64,000 nucleotides of DNA from the human T2T-CHM13v2.0 reference genome, Homo sapiens: NCBI RefSeq assembly GCF_009914755.1, contig NC_060948.1, one strand, 5' to 3'. Below, one piece after another: positions 15,897 through 35,233 of the stretch. Within the stretch, counting starts at the first letter, position 1, and every line of letters begins with the position of its first letter. Both the position numbers and the translations under genes were made by a program. A model generated the notes under the pieces. It had not been told where the DNA came from. It did not search any database and saw only the letters and a program-made list of their open reading frames with translations.

Positions 15897-18001
15897 AGAT
15901 CCATATTTTGTAAATGAAAAAAAATTTCAAAGGTACTCTGCTTGGTACAATAATCAAATGTATAAACTGAGGAATAAAACATAACCATGAAACCTACTTA
16001 TAACTGCATATGGAAAATACGGAGGATAATTTTTTAAATAACATATTTTGAAAGCCTTAACTAGTAATTTGAAGAGTTGGCATTTGAAAGGCCAGTATGA
16101 ATATACCTTCAAAGCAGCAACACAGGTTCCCCATGAGAAAAAGCAAACTCAGGGAAAATAAAACCACAAAGGTTCAATCTCTTCTGACCTTTGAAAGACA
16201 CAGCACAGACAGTGGTCCTTAGGACGAAGAGCAGGAGACCCCTAATTCCGTCACCATGGCGATAGGGCATAAACACTGCTGGGTGAGGGCACAATCCACA
16301 TTGTGAGGTCCAACTGCTGCCAGGAAGACAGGAGTGCTTTTACATAGACCGAAAGGTCATTGAAGGCTCAGAGTTTTGTTTCAAGAACTGAATCCCAAGC
16401 CCACACGTTATTAGGCTGCGCTTCTTAAAACAAGTTATGAGATGGGAAAAAGGGCACTAACAAACATACGTATACATTATGTATATAATAATATACAGTA
16501 TCATATATATAATATATATAACCTATGTATAATATTGTTTTACATCCTGCATCTTATATTATATATATTGTGTAAAATATAATAATTGATAATATATAAG
16601 TTTTATATTTATACAATATGACATATAGTATATATTATAATTTATGACATATATAATATATGTTATATATCATATATAGAGTATATTATACGGTTAATAT
16701 ACGTATTAAATATAAATTATACATTATATATATTATATATAATATATCTGCTATATATAATACCCATTATGCATAATATATATATTATGTCTATGTTATG
16801 TATAGTATAAAACAACATATAATAATATATAATTGTATATATAAAATGCGACATATAATATATATTATATTTTATGACATCTGTAATATATATTATATAT
16901 TATATATAATACGTTGTATGTATAATAGCTATATTAAATATATATTATATGACTATGTTATTAATTACATGTCACATATGTTATATATTATATATTATAC
17001 ATAGAATATACCGGTTATATACAATATATACTATGTTACCTATAATGTATAGTTTATTACATGTAAAATAAAGAATGCAATATATTATGTGTAATTTATA
17101 ATATACAATATGTGGAATGTGATATATATAACATATAATATATGATATATGATATACAGTATATGATATATAACATACAATATATGATACCTAATATATA
17201 TGGTATACAATATATATTTTATGATATGTATTCTATATGTTTTATATTCTGTTATATATAACTGTTTGAAATTATATATAACTGTATAATATTTTATGTA
17301 AATATGTAATATAATATATATAACTATATAATATATTATATATAACTATATATTATGTTATATATACTTTTATAACTTTATTTACATAAAATATCATAGT
17401 ATAATATATATTATATTACTTCATATTACATAATATATATTACATATCACCCAATATAAGTAACATACATAATATTATAATATAGACTATATTATGTTAT
17501 ATTAAATATCATATATATCATGTATCATATATTCTATAATATGTATTATACATTATATAATATGCATGTTGTCTATTATGTGATATATATAACTATATAT
17601 ATAATTATATTATTATACATATATCTAGATAAACATGTAATTCTACATATTTTCATTTATAATATATAGAATTACATAATCATATATAATTATTTATATT
17701 CTATAAAAAATTATATCATTATATAAATTATAATATATAAAAATTATAATATGTACTACAAATATATATATTATATATCATATATGATATAGTACCTTTG
17801 TTATATATCATAATACATATAAATGTGTATTATGTTATCTATAATTATATAATTTCATATATAAGATGTATAATATTTATTATATATTATATATGTTATG
17901 TAATATATATAGTATATATAAGATGACACAGGATAAATATTATATACTATGACATATAAGATATATGAGGTTATATGTTACATATAAGGCATAGCACATA
18001 A

Positions 18002-18316
<315 letters not shown>

Positions 18317-20419
18317 AGATCCATATTTTTTAAATGAAAAAAAATTTCAAAGGTACTCTGCTTGGTACAATAATCAAATGTATAAACTGAGGAATAAAAC
18401 ATAACCATGAAACCTACTTATAACTGCATATGGAAAATACAGAGGATAATTTTTTAAATAATATATTTTGAAAGCCTTAACTAGTAATTTGAAGAGTTGG
18501 CATTTGAAAGGCCAGTATGAATATACCTTCAAAGCAGCAACACAGGTTCCCCATGAGAAAAAGCAAACTCAGGGAAAATAAAACCACAAAGGTTCAATCT
18601 CTTCTGACCTTTGAAAGACACAGCACAGACAGTGGTCCTTAGGACGAAGAGCAGGAGACCCCTAATTCCGTCACCATGGCGATAGGGCATAAACACTGCT
18701 GGGTGAGGGCACAATCCACATTGTGAGGTCCAACTGCTGCCAGGAAGACAGGAGTGCTTTTACATAGACCGAAAGGTCATTGAAGGCTCAGAGTTTTGTT
18801 TCAAGAACTGAATCCCAAGCCCACACGTTATTAGGCTGCGCTTCTTAAAACAAGTTATGAGATGGGAAAAAGGGCACCCACAAACATACGTATACATTAT
18901 GTATATAATCATATACAGTATCATATATATAATATATATAACCTATGTATAATATTGTTTTACATCCTGCATCTTATATTATATATATTGTATAAAATAT
19001 AATAATTGATAATATATAAGTTTTATATTTATACAATATGACATATAGTATATATTATAATTTATGACATATATAATATATGTTATATATCATATATTGA
19101 ATATATTATACGGTTAATATACGTATTAAATATAAATTATACATTATATGTATTATATATAATATATCTGCTATATATAATACCCATTATGCATAATATA
19201 TATATTATGTCTATGTTATATATAGTATAAAACAACATATAATAATATATAATTGTATATATAAAATGTGACATATAATATATATTATATTTTATGACAT
19301 AGGTAATATATATTATATATTATATATAATACGTTGTATGTATAATACCTATATTAAATATATATTATATGACTATGTTATTAATTACATGTCACATATG
19401 TTATATATTATATATTTTACATAGAATGTACTGGTTACATACAATATATAGTATGTTACCTGTAATGTATAATTTATTACATGTAAAATAAAGAATGCAA
19501 TATATTATGTATAATTTATAATATACAATATGTGGAATGTGATATATATAACATATAATATATGATATATGATATACAGTATATGATATATAACCTACAA
19601 TATATGATACCTAACATATATGATATACAATATATATTTTATGATATGTATTCTCTATGTTTTATATCTGTTATATATAATTATTTGAAATTATATATAA
19701 CTGTGTAATATTTTATGTAAATATGTAATATAATATATATAACTATATAATATATTATATATACCTATATATTATGTTATATATACTTTTATAACATAAT
19801 TTACATAAAATATCATAATATAATATATATTATATTATTTCATATTACATAATATATATTACATATCACCCAATATAAGTAACATACATAATATTATAAT
19901 ATATATTATATTATGTTATATTAAATCTCATATATATCATGTATCATATATTCTATAATATATATGATACATTATATAATATGTATGATTTCTATTATGT
20001 GATATATATAACTATATATATAATTATATTATTATACATATAACTAGATAAACATGTAATTCTACATATTTTCATTTATAATATATAGAATTATATAATC
20101 ATATATAATTATTTATATTCTATAAAAATTATATCATTATATAAATTATAATATATAAAAATTATAATATGTACTACAAATATATATATTGTATATCATA
20201 TATGATATAGTACCTTTGTTATATATGATAATACATATAAATGTGTATTATGTTATCTATAATTATATAATTTCATATATAAGATGTATAATATTTATTA
20301 TATATTATATATGTTATGTAATATATATAGTATATATAAGATGACACAGGATAAATATTATATACTATGACATATAAAATATATGAGGTTATATGTTACA
20401 TATAAGGCATAGCACATAA

Positions 20420-20734
<315 letters not shown>

Positions 20735-22838
20735 AGATCCATATTTTTTAAATGAAAAAAAATTTCAAAGGTACTCTGCTTGGTACAATAATCAAATGTA
20801 TAAACTGAGGAATAAAACATAAACATGAAACCTACTTATAACTGCATATGGAAAATACAGAGGATAATTTTTTAAATAACATATTTTGAAAGCCTTAACT
20901 AGTAATTTGAAGAGTTGGCATGTGAAAGGCCAGTATGAATATACCTTCAAAGCAGCAACACAGGTTCCCCATGAGAAAAAGCAAACTCAGGGAAAATAAA
21001 ACCACAAAGGTTCAATCTCTTCTGACCTTTGAAAGACACAGCACAGACAGTGGTCCTTAGGACGAAGAGCAGGAGACCCCTAATTCCGTCACCATGGCGA
21101 TAGGGCATAAACACTGCTGGGTGAGGGCACAATCCACATTGTGAGGTCCAACTGCTGCCAGGAAGACAGGAGTGCTTTTACATAGACCGAAAGGTCATTG
21201 AAGGCTCAGAGTTTTGTTTCAAGAACTGAATCCCAAGCCCACACGTTATTAGGCTGCGCTTCTTAAAACAAGTTATGAGATGGGAAAAAGGGCACCCACA
21301 AACATACGTATACATTATGTATATAATAATATACAGTATCATATATATAATATATATAACCTATGTATAATATTGTTTTACATCCTGCATCTTATATTAT
21401 ATATATTGTATAAAATATAATAATTGATAATATATAAGTTTTATATTTATACAATATGACATATAGTATATATTATAATTTATGACATATATAATATATG
21501 TTATATATCATATATTGAATATATTATACGGTTAATATACGTATTAAATATAATTTATACATTATATGTATTATATATAATATATCTGCTATATATAATA
21601 CCCATTATGCATAATATATATATTATGTCTATGTTATATATAGTATAAAACAACATATAATAATATATAATTGTATATATAAAATGTGACATATAATATA
21701 TATTATATTTTATGACATAGGTAATATATATTATATATTATATATAATACGTTGTATGTATAATACCTATATTAAATATATATTATATGACTATGTTATT
21801 AATTACATGTCACATATGTTATATATTTTATATTTTACATAGAATATACCGGTTACATACAATATATAGTATGTTACCTGTAATGTATAATTTATTACAT
21901 GTAAAATAAAGAATGCAATATATTATGTATAATTTATAATATACAATATGTGGAATGTGATATATATAACATATAATATATGATATATGATATACAGTAT
22001 ATGATATATAACCTACAATATATGATACCTAACATATATGGTATACAATATATATTTTATGATATGTATTCTCTATGTTTTATATTCTGCTATATATAAT
22101 TATTTGAAATTATATATAACTGTGTAATATTTTATGTAAATATGTAATATAATATATATAACTATATAATATATTATATATACCTATATATTATGTTATA
22201 TATACTTTTATAACATAATTTACATAAAATATCATAATATAATATATATTATATTATTTCATATTACATAATATATATTACATATCACCCAATATAAGTA
22301 ACATACATAATATTATAATATATATTATATTATGTTATATTAAATCTCATATATATCATGTATCATATATTCTATAATATATATGATACATTATATAATA
22401 TGTATGATTTCTATTATGTGATATATATAACTATATATATAATTATATTATTATACATATAACTAGATAAACATGTAATTCTACATATTTTCATTTATAA
22501 TATATAGAATTATATAATCATATATAATTATTTATATTCTATAAAAATTATATCATTATATAAATTATAATATATAAAAATTATAATATGTACTACAAAT
22601 ATATATATTATATATCATATATGATATAGTACCTTTGTTATATATCATAATACATATAAATGTGTATTATGTTATCTATAATTATATAATTTCATATATA
22701 AGTTGTATAATATGTGTTATATATTATATATGTTATGTAATATATATAGTATATATAAGATGACACAGGATAAATATTATATACTATGACATATAAAATA
22801 TATGAGGTTATATGTTACATATAAGGCATAGCACATAA

Positions 22839-23153
<315 letters not shown>

Positions 23154-25256
23154 AGATCCATATTTTTTAAATGAAAAAAAATTTCAAAGGTACTCTGCTT
23201 GGTACAATAATCAAATGTATAAACTGAGGAATAAAACATAACCATGAAACCTACTTATAACTGCATATGGAAAATACAGAGGATAATTTTTTAAACAACA
23301 TATTTTGAAAGCCTTAACTAGTAATTTGAAGAGTTGGCATTTGAAAGGCCAGTATGAATATACCTTCAAAGCAGCAACACAGGTTCCCCATGAGAAAAAG
23401 CAAACTCAGGGAAAATAAAACCACAAAGGTTCAATCTCTTCTGACCTTTGAAAGACACAGCACAGACAGTGGACCTTAGGACGAAGAGCAGGAGACCCCT
23501 AATTCCGTCACCATGGCGATAGGACATAAACACTGCTGGGTGAGGGCACAATCCACATTGTGAGGTCCAACTGCTGCCAGGAAGACAGGAGTGCTTTTAC
23601 ATAGACCGAAAGGTCATTGAAGGCTCAGAGTTTTGTTTCAAGAACTGAATCCCAAGCCCACACGTTATTAGGCTGTGCTTCTTAAAACAAGTTATGAGAT
23701 GGGAAAAAGGGCACCCACAAACATACGTATACATTATGTATATAATATTATACAGTATCATATATATAATATATATAACCTATGTATAATATTGTTTTAC
23801 ATCCTGCATCTTATATTATATACATTGTATAAAATATAATTATTGATAATATATAAATTTTATATTTATACAATATGTCATATAGTATATATTATAATTT
23901 ATGACATATATAATATATGTTATATATCATATATAGAATATATTATACGGTTAATATACGTATTAAATATAAATTATACATTATATATATTATATATAAT
24001 ATTTCTGTTATATATAATACCCATTATGCATAATATATATATTATGTGTATGTTATATATAGTATAAAACAACATATAATAATATATAATTGTATATATA
24101 AAATGGGACATATAATATATATTATATTTTATGACATATGTTATAAATATTATATATTATATATAATACGTTGCATGTATAATACCTATATTAAATATAT
24201 ATTATATGACTATGTTATTAATTACATGTCACATATGTTATATATTATATATTTTACATAGAATATACCGGTTACTTACAATATATACTATGTTACCTAT
24301 AATGTATAATATATTACATGTAAAATAAAGAATGCAATATATTATGTGTAATTTATAATATACAATATGTGGAATGTGATATATATAACATATAATATAT
24401 GATATATGATATACAGTATATGATATATAACATACAATATATGATTCCTAATATATATGGTATACAATATATATTTTATGATATGTATTCTATATGTTTT
24501 ATATTCTGTTATATATAACTATTTGAAATTATAAATAACTGTATAATATTTTATGTAAATATGTAATATAATATATAACTATGTAATATATTATATATAA
24601 CTATATATTATGTTATATATACTTTTATAACATAATTTACATAAAATATCATAATATAATATATATTATATTATTTCATATTACATAATATATATTACAT
24701 ATCACCCAATATAAGTAACATACATAATATTATAATATAGATTATATTATGTTATATTAAATATCATATATATCATGTATCATATATTCTATAATATATA
24801 TTATACATTATATAATGTGTATGTTGTCTATTATGTGATATATATAACTATATATATAATTATATTATTATACATATAACTAGATAAACATGTAATTCTA
24901 CATATTTTCATTTATAATATATAGAATTATATAATCATATATAATTATTTATATTCTATAAAAAATTATAGCTTTATATAAATTATAATATATAAAAATT
25001 ATAATATGTACTACAAATATATATATTGTATATCATATATGATATAGTACCTTTGTTATATACGATAATACATATAAATGTGTATTATGTTATCTATAAT
25101 TATATAATTTCATATATAGGATGTATAATATTTATTATATATTATATATGTTATGTAATATATATAGTATATATAAGATGACACAGGATAAATATTATAT
25201 ACTATGACATATAAAATATATGAGGTTATATGTTACATATAAGGCATAGCACATAA

Positions 25257-25571
<315 letters not shown>

Positions 25572-27697
25572 AGATCCATATTTTTTAAATGAAAAAAAAT
25601 TTCAAAGGTACTGTGCTTGGTACAATAATCAAATGTATAAACTGAGGAATAAAACATAACCATGAAACCTACTTATAACTGCATATGGAAAATACAGAGG
25701 ATAATTTTTTAAATAACATATTTTGAAAGCCTTAACTAGTAATTTGAAGAGTTGGCATTTGAAAGGCCAGTATGAATATACCTTCAAAGCAGCAACACAG
25801 GTTCCCCATGAGAAAAAGCAAACTCAGGGAAAATAAAACCACAAAGGTTCAATCTCTTCGGACCTTTGAAAGACACAGCACAGACAGTGGTCCTTAGGAC
25901 GAAGAGCAGGAGACCCCTAATTCCGTCACCATGGCGATAGGGCATAAACACTGCTGGGTGAGGGCACAATCCACATTGTGAGGTCCAACTGCTGCCAGGA
26001 AGACAGGAGTGCTTTTACATAGACCGAAAGGTCATTGAAGGCTCAGATTTTTGTTTCAAGAACTGAATCCCAAGCCCACACGTTATTAGGCTGCGCTTCT
26101 TAAAACAAGTTATGAGATGTGAAAAAGGGCACCCACAAACATACGTATACATTATGTATATAATAATATACAGTATCATATATATAATATATATAACCTA
26201 TGTATAATATTGTTTTACATCCTGCATCTTATATTATATATTGTGTAAAATATAATAATTGATAATATATAAGTTTTATATTTATACAATATGACATATA
26301 GTATATATTATAATTTATGACATATATAATATATGTTATATATCATATATAGAATATATTATACGGTTAATATACGTATTAAATATAAATTATACATTAT
26401 ATATATTATATATAATATATCTGCTATATATAATACCCATTATGCATAATATATATATTATGTCTATGTTATGTATAGTATAAAACAACATATAATAATA
26501 TATAATTGTATATATAAAATGCGACATATAATATATATTATATTTTATGACATCTGTAATATATATTATATATTATATATAATACGTTGTATGTATAATA
26601 CCTATATTAAATATATATTATATGACTATGTTATTAATTACATGTCACATATGTTATATATTATATATTTTACATAGAATATACCGGTTACTTACAATAT
26701 ATACTATGTTACCTATAATGTATAATTTATTACATGTAAAATAAAGAATGCAATATATTATGTGTAATTTATAATATACAATATGTGGAATGTGATATAT
26801 ATAACATATAATATATGATATATGATATACAGTATATGATATATAACATACAATATATGATACATAATATATATGGTATACAATATATATTTTATGATAT
26901 GTATTCTATAGGTTTTATATTCTGTTATATATAACTATTTGAAATTATATATAACTGTATAATATTTTATGTAAATATGTAATATAATATATATAACTAT
27001 ATAATATATTATATATAACTATATATTATGTTATATATACTTTTATAACTTAATTTACATAAAATATCATAGTATAATATATATTATATTACTTCATATT
27101 ACATAATATATATTACATATCACCCAATATAAGTAACATACATAATATTATAATATACATTATATTATGTTATATTAAATATCATATATATCATGTATCA
27201 TATATTCTATAATATATATTATACATTATATAATATGCATGTTGTCTATTATGTGATATATATAACTATATATATAATTATATTATTATACATATATCTA
27301 GATAAACATGTAATTCTACATATTTTCATTTATAATATATAGAATTACATAATCATATATAATTATTTATATTCTATAAAAAATTATATCATTATATAAA
27401 TTATAATATATAAAAATTATAATATGTACTACAAATATATATATTGTATATCATATATGATATAGTACCTTTGTTATATATGATAATACATATAAATGTG
27501 TATTATGTTTTCTATAATTATATAATTTCATATATAAGATGTATAATATTTATTATATATTATATATGTTATGTAATATATATAGTATATATAAGATGAC
27601 ACAGGATAAATATTATATACTATGACATATAAAATATATGAGGTTATATGTTACATATAAGGCATAGCACATAACATGTAATATATATCATCTATAA

Positions 27698-27990
27698 TTT
27701 TTTTTTTAGACAGAGTCTTGTCCTGTTGCACAGGGTGGAGTACAATGGCGCCATCTTTGCTCACTACAACATCTGCCTCACGGGTCCAAGCGATTGTCCT
27801 CCCTCACCCTCCCAGGTAGCTGGGACTACACCACACTGGGACTACACCAGCTGCCACCATGCCTAGCTAATTTTTTGGATTTTTAGTAGTGACAGCGTTT
27901 CACTGTATTGGCCAGGATGGTCTTGATCTCTTCACCTTGTGATCCCCTTGCCTTGGCCTCCAAATTCGCTGGGATTACAGGCCTGAGCCA
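27698..27990 (-). mobile_element. Alu, unit 12
   Basis: Tandem copy of the unit Alu (T10 tail). Confidence 0.92.
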
Positions 27991-30084
27991 AGATCCATAT
28001 TTTTTAAATGAAAAAAAATTTCAAAGTTACTCCGCTTGGTACAATAATCAAATGTATAAACTGAGGAATAAAACATAACCATGAAACCTACTTATAACTG
28101 CATATGGAAAATACAGAGGATAATTTTTTAAATAACATATTTTGAAAGCCTTAACTAGTAATTTGAAGAGTTGGCATTTGAAAGGCCAGTATGAATATAC
28201 CTTCAAAGCAGCAACACAGGTTCCCCATGAGAAAAAGCAAACTCAGGGAAAATAAAACCACAAAGGTTCAATCTCTTCTGACCTTTGAAAGACACAGCAC
28301 AGACAGTGGTCCTTAGGACGAAGAGCAGGAGACCCCTAATTCCGTCACCATGGCGATAGGGCATAAACATTGCTGGGTGAGGGCACAATCCACATTGTGA
28401 GGTCCAACTGCTGCCAGGAAGACAGGAGTGCTTTTACATAGACCGAAAGGTCATTGAAGGCTCAGAGTTTTGTTTCAAGAACTGAATCCCAAGCCCACAC
28501 GTTATTAGGCTGCGCTTCTTAAAACAAGTTATGAGATGGGAAAAAGGGCACCCACAAACATACGTATACATTATGTATATAATAATATACAGTATCATAT
28601 ATATAATATATATAACCTATGTATAATATTGTTTTACATCCTGCATCTTATATTATATATATTGTATAAAATATAATAATTGATAATATATAAGTTTTAT
28701 ATTTATACAATATGACATATAGTATATATTATAATTTATGACATATATTATGTATGTTATATATCATATGTAGAATATATTATACGGTTAATATACGTAT
28801 TAAATATAAATTATACATTATATATATTATATATAATATATCTGTTATATATAATGCGTATTATGCATAATATATATATTATGTCTATGTTATATATAGT
28901 ATAAAACAACATATAATAATATATAATTGTATATATAAAATGCGACATATAATATATATTATATTTTATGACATATGTAATATATATTATATATTATATA
29001 TAATACGTTGTATGTATAATACCTATATTATATATATATTATATGACTATGTTATTAATTACATGTCACATATGTTATATATTATATATTTTACATAGAA
29101 TATACCGGTTACATACAATATATACTATGTTTCCTATAATGTATAGTTTATTACATGTAAAATAAAGAATGCAATATATTATGTATAATTTATAATATAC
29201 AATATGTGGAATGTGATATATATAACATATAATATATGATATATGATATACAGTATATGATATATAACATGCAAAATATGATACCTAACATATATGGAAT
29301 ACAATATATATTTTATCATATGTATTCTATATGTTTTATATTCTGTTATATATAACTATTTGAAATTATATATAACTGTATAATATTTCATGTAAATATG
29401 TAATATAATATATACAACTATATAATATATTATATATAACTATATATTATGTTATATATACTTTTATAACATAATTTACATAAAATATCATAATAAAATA
29501 CATATTATATTATTTCACATTACGTAATATATATTACATATCACCCAATATAAGTAACATACATAATATTAAAATATAGATTATATTATGTTATATTAAA
29601 TCTCATATGTATCATGTATCATATATTCTATAATATATATTATACATTATATAATATGTATGTTGTCTATTATGTGATATATATAACTATATATATAATT
29701 ATATTATTATACATATAACTAGATAAACATGTAATTCTACATATTTTCATTTATAATATATAGAATTATATAATCATATATAATTATAAAAAATTATATC
29801 ATTATATAAATTATAATATATAAAAATTATAATATGTACTACAAATATATATGTTATATATCATATATGATATAGTACCTTTGTTATATATCATAATACA
29901 TATAAATGTGTATTATGTTATCTATAATTATATAATTTCATATATAAGATGTATAATATGTATTATATATTATATATGTTATGTAATATATATAGTATAT
30001 ATAAGATGACACAGGATAAATATTATATACTATGACATATAAAACATATGAGGTTATATGTTACATATAAGGCATGGCACATAA

Positions 30085-30399
<315 letters not shown>

Positions 30400-32500
30400 A
30401 GATCCATATTTTTTAAATGAAAAAAAATTTCAAAGGTACTCTGCTTGGTGCAATAATCAAATGTATAAACTGAGGAATAAAACATAACCATGAAACCTAC
30501 TTATAACTGCATATGGAAAATACAGAGGATAATTTTTTAAATAACATATTTTGAAAGCCTTAACTAGTAATTTGAAGAGTTGGCATTTGAAAGGCCAGTA
30601 TGAATATACCTTCAAAGCAGCAACACAGGTTCCCCATGAGAAAAAGCAAACTCAGGGAAAATAAAACCACAAAGGTTCAATCTCTTCTGACCTTTGAAAG
30701 ACACAGCACAGACAGTGGTCCTTAGGACGAAGAGCAGGAGACCCCTAATTCCGTCACCATGGCGATAGGGCATAAACATTGCTGGGTGAGGGCACAATCC
30801 ACATTGTGAGGTCCAACTGCTGCCAGGAAGACAGGAGTGCTTTTACATAGACCGAAAGGTCATTGAAGGCTCAGAGTTTTGTTTCAAGAACTGAATCCCA
30901 AGCCCACACGTTATTAGGCTGCGCCTCTTAAAACAAGTTATGAGATGGGAAAAAGGGCACCCACAACATACGTATACATTATGTATATAATAATATACAG
31001 TATCATATATATAATATATATAACCCATGTATAATATTGTTTTACATCCTGCATCTTATATTATATATATTGTATAAAATATAATAATTGATAATATATA
31101 AGTTTTATATTTATACAATATGACATATAGTATATATTATAATTTATGACATATATTATGTATGTTATATATCATATATACAATATATTATACGGTTAAT
31201 ATACGTATTAAATATGAATTATACATTATATATATTATATATAATATATCTGTTATATATAATACCCATTATGCATAATATATATATTATGTCTATGTTA
31301 TATATAGTATAAAACAACATATAATAATATATAATTGTATACATAAAATGCGACATGTAATATATATTATATTTTATGACATATGTAGAATATATTATAT
31401 ATTATATATAATACGTTGTATGTATAATACCTATATTAAATATATATTATATGACTATGTTATTAATTACATGTCACATATGTTATATATTATATATTTT
31501 ACATAGAATATACCGGTTACATACAATATATACTATGTTACCTATAATGTATAATTTATTACATGTAAAATAAAGAATGTAATATATTATGTATAATTTA
31601 TAATATAGAATATGTGGAATGTGATACATATAACATATAATATATGTTATATGATATACAGTATATGATATATAACATACAATATATGATACCTAATATA
31701 TATGGTATACAATATATATTTTATGATATGTATTCTATATGTTTTATATTCTGTTATATATAACTATTTGAAATTATATGTAACTGTATAATATTTTATG
31801 CAAATATGTAATATAATATATACAACTATATAATATATTATATATAACTATATATTACGTTATATATACTTTTATAACATAATTTACATAAAATATCATA
31901 ATATAATATATATTATATTATTTCACATTACGTAATATATATTACACATCACCCAATATAAGTAACACACATAATATTATAATATAGATTATATTATGTT
32001 ATATTAAATCTCATATATATCATGTATCATATATTCTATAATATATATTATACATTATATAATATGTATGTTGTCTATTATGTGATATATATAACTATAT
32101 ATATAATTATATTATACATATAACTAGATAAACATGTAATTCTACATATTTTCATTTATAATATATGGAATTATATAATCATATACAATTATTTATATTC
32201 TATAAAAAATTATATCATTATATAAATTATAATATATAAAAATTATAATATGTACTACAAATATATATATTATATATCATATATGATATAGTACCTTTGT
32301 TATATATCATAATACATATAAATGTGTATTATGTTATCTATAATTATATAATTTCATATATAAGATGTATAATATGTATTATATATTATATATGTTATGT
32401 AATATACATAGTATATATAAGCTGACACAGGATAAATATTATATACTATGACATATAAAATATATGAGGTTATATGTTACATATAAGTCATAGCACATAA

Positions 32501-32815
<315 letters not shown>

Positions 32816-34918
32816 AGATCCATATTTTTTAAATGAAAAAAAATTTCAAAGGTACTCTGCTTGGTACAATAATCAAATGTATAAACTGAGGAATAAAACA
32901 TAACCATGAAACCTACTTATAACTGCATACGGAAAATACAGAGGATAATTTTTTAAATAACATATTTTGAAAGCCTTAACTAGTAATTTGAAGAGTTGGC
33001 ATTTGAAAGGCCAGTATGAATATACCTTCAAAGCAGCAACACAGGTTCCCCATGAGAACAAGCAAACTCAGGGAAAATAAAACCACAAAGGTTCAATCTC
33101 TTGTGACCTTTGAAAGACACAGCACAGACAGTGGTCCTTAGGACGAAGAGCAGGAGACCCCTAATTCCGTCACCATTGCGATAGGGCATAAAGATTGCTG
33201 GGTGAGGGCACAATCCACATTGTGAGGTCCAACTGCTGCCAGGAAGACAGGAGTGCTTTTACATAGACCGAAAGGTCATTGAAGGCTCAGAGTTTTGTTT
33301 CAAGAACTGAATCCCAAGCCCACACGTTATTAGGCTGCGCTTCTTAAAACAAGTTATGAGATGGGAAAAAGGGCCCCCACAAACATACGTATACATTATG
33401 TATATAAAAATATACAGTATCATATATATAATATATATAACCTATGTATAATATTGTTTTACATCCTGCATCTTATACTATATATATTGTATAAAATATA
33501 ATAATTGATAATATATGTTTTATATTTATACAATATGACATATATTATATATTATAATTTATGATATATATATTATATGTTATATATCATATATAGAATA
33601 TATTATACGCTTAATATACGTATTAAATATAAATTATATATTATATACATTATATATAATATATCTGTTATATATAATACCCATTATGCATAATATATAT
33701 ATTATGTCTATGTTATATATAGTATAAAACAACATATAATAATATATAATTGTATATATAAAAGGTGACATATAATATATATTATATTTTATGACATATG
33801 TAATATATATTATATATTATATATAATACGTTGTATGTATAATACCTATATTAAATATATATGATATGACTATGTTATTAATTACATGTCACATGTGTTA
33901 TATATTGTATATTTTACATACAATATAACGGTTACATACACTATATACTATGTTACCTACAATGTATAATTTATTACATGTAAAATAAAGAATGCAGTAT
34001 ATTATGTATAATTTATAATATACAATATGTGGAATGTGATATATATAACCTATAATATATGATATATGATATACAGTATATGATATATAACATACAATAT
34101 ATGATACCTAATATATATGGTATACAATATATATTTTATGATATGTATTCTATATGTTTTATATTCTGTTATATATAACTATTTGAAATTATATATAACT
34201 GTATAATATTTTATGTAAATATGTAATATAATATATATAACTATATAATATATTACATATAACTTTATATTATGTTATATATACTTTTATAACATAATTT
34301 ACATAAAATATCATAATATAATATATATTATATTATTTCATATTACATAATATATATTACATATCACCCAATATAAGTAACATACATAATATTATAATAT
34401 AGATCATATTATGTTATATTAAATATCATATATATCATGTATCATATATTCTATAATATATATTACACATTATATAACATGTATGTTGTCTATTTTGTGA
34501 TATATATAACTATATATATAATTATATTATTATACATATAACTAGATAAACGTGTAATTCTACATATTTTCATTGATAATATATAGAATTATATAATCAT
34601 ATATAATTATTTATATTCTATAAAAAATTATATCATTATATAAATTATAATATATAAAAATTATAATACGTACTACAAATATATATATTATATATCATAT
34701 ATGATATAGTACCTTTGTTATATATCATAGTACATATAAATGTGTATTATGTTATCTATAATTATATAATTTCATATATAAGATGTATAATATGTATTAT
34801 ATATTATATATGTTATGTAATATATATAGTATATATAAGATAACACAGGATAAATATTATATACTATGACATATAAAATATATGAGGTTATATGTTACAT
34901 ATAAGGCATAGCACATAA

Positions 34919-35233
<315 letters not shown>
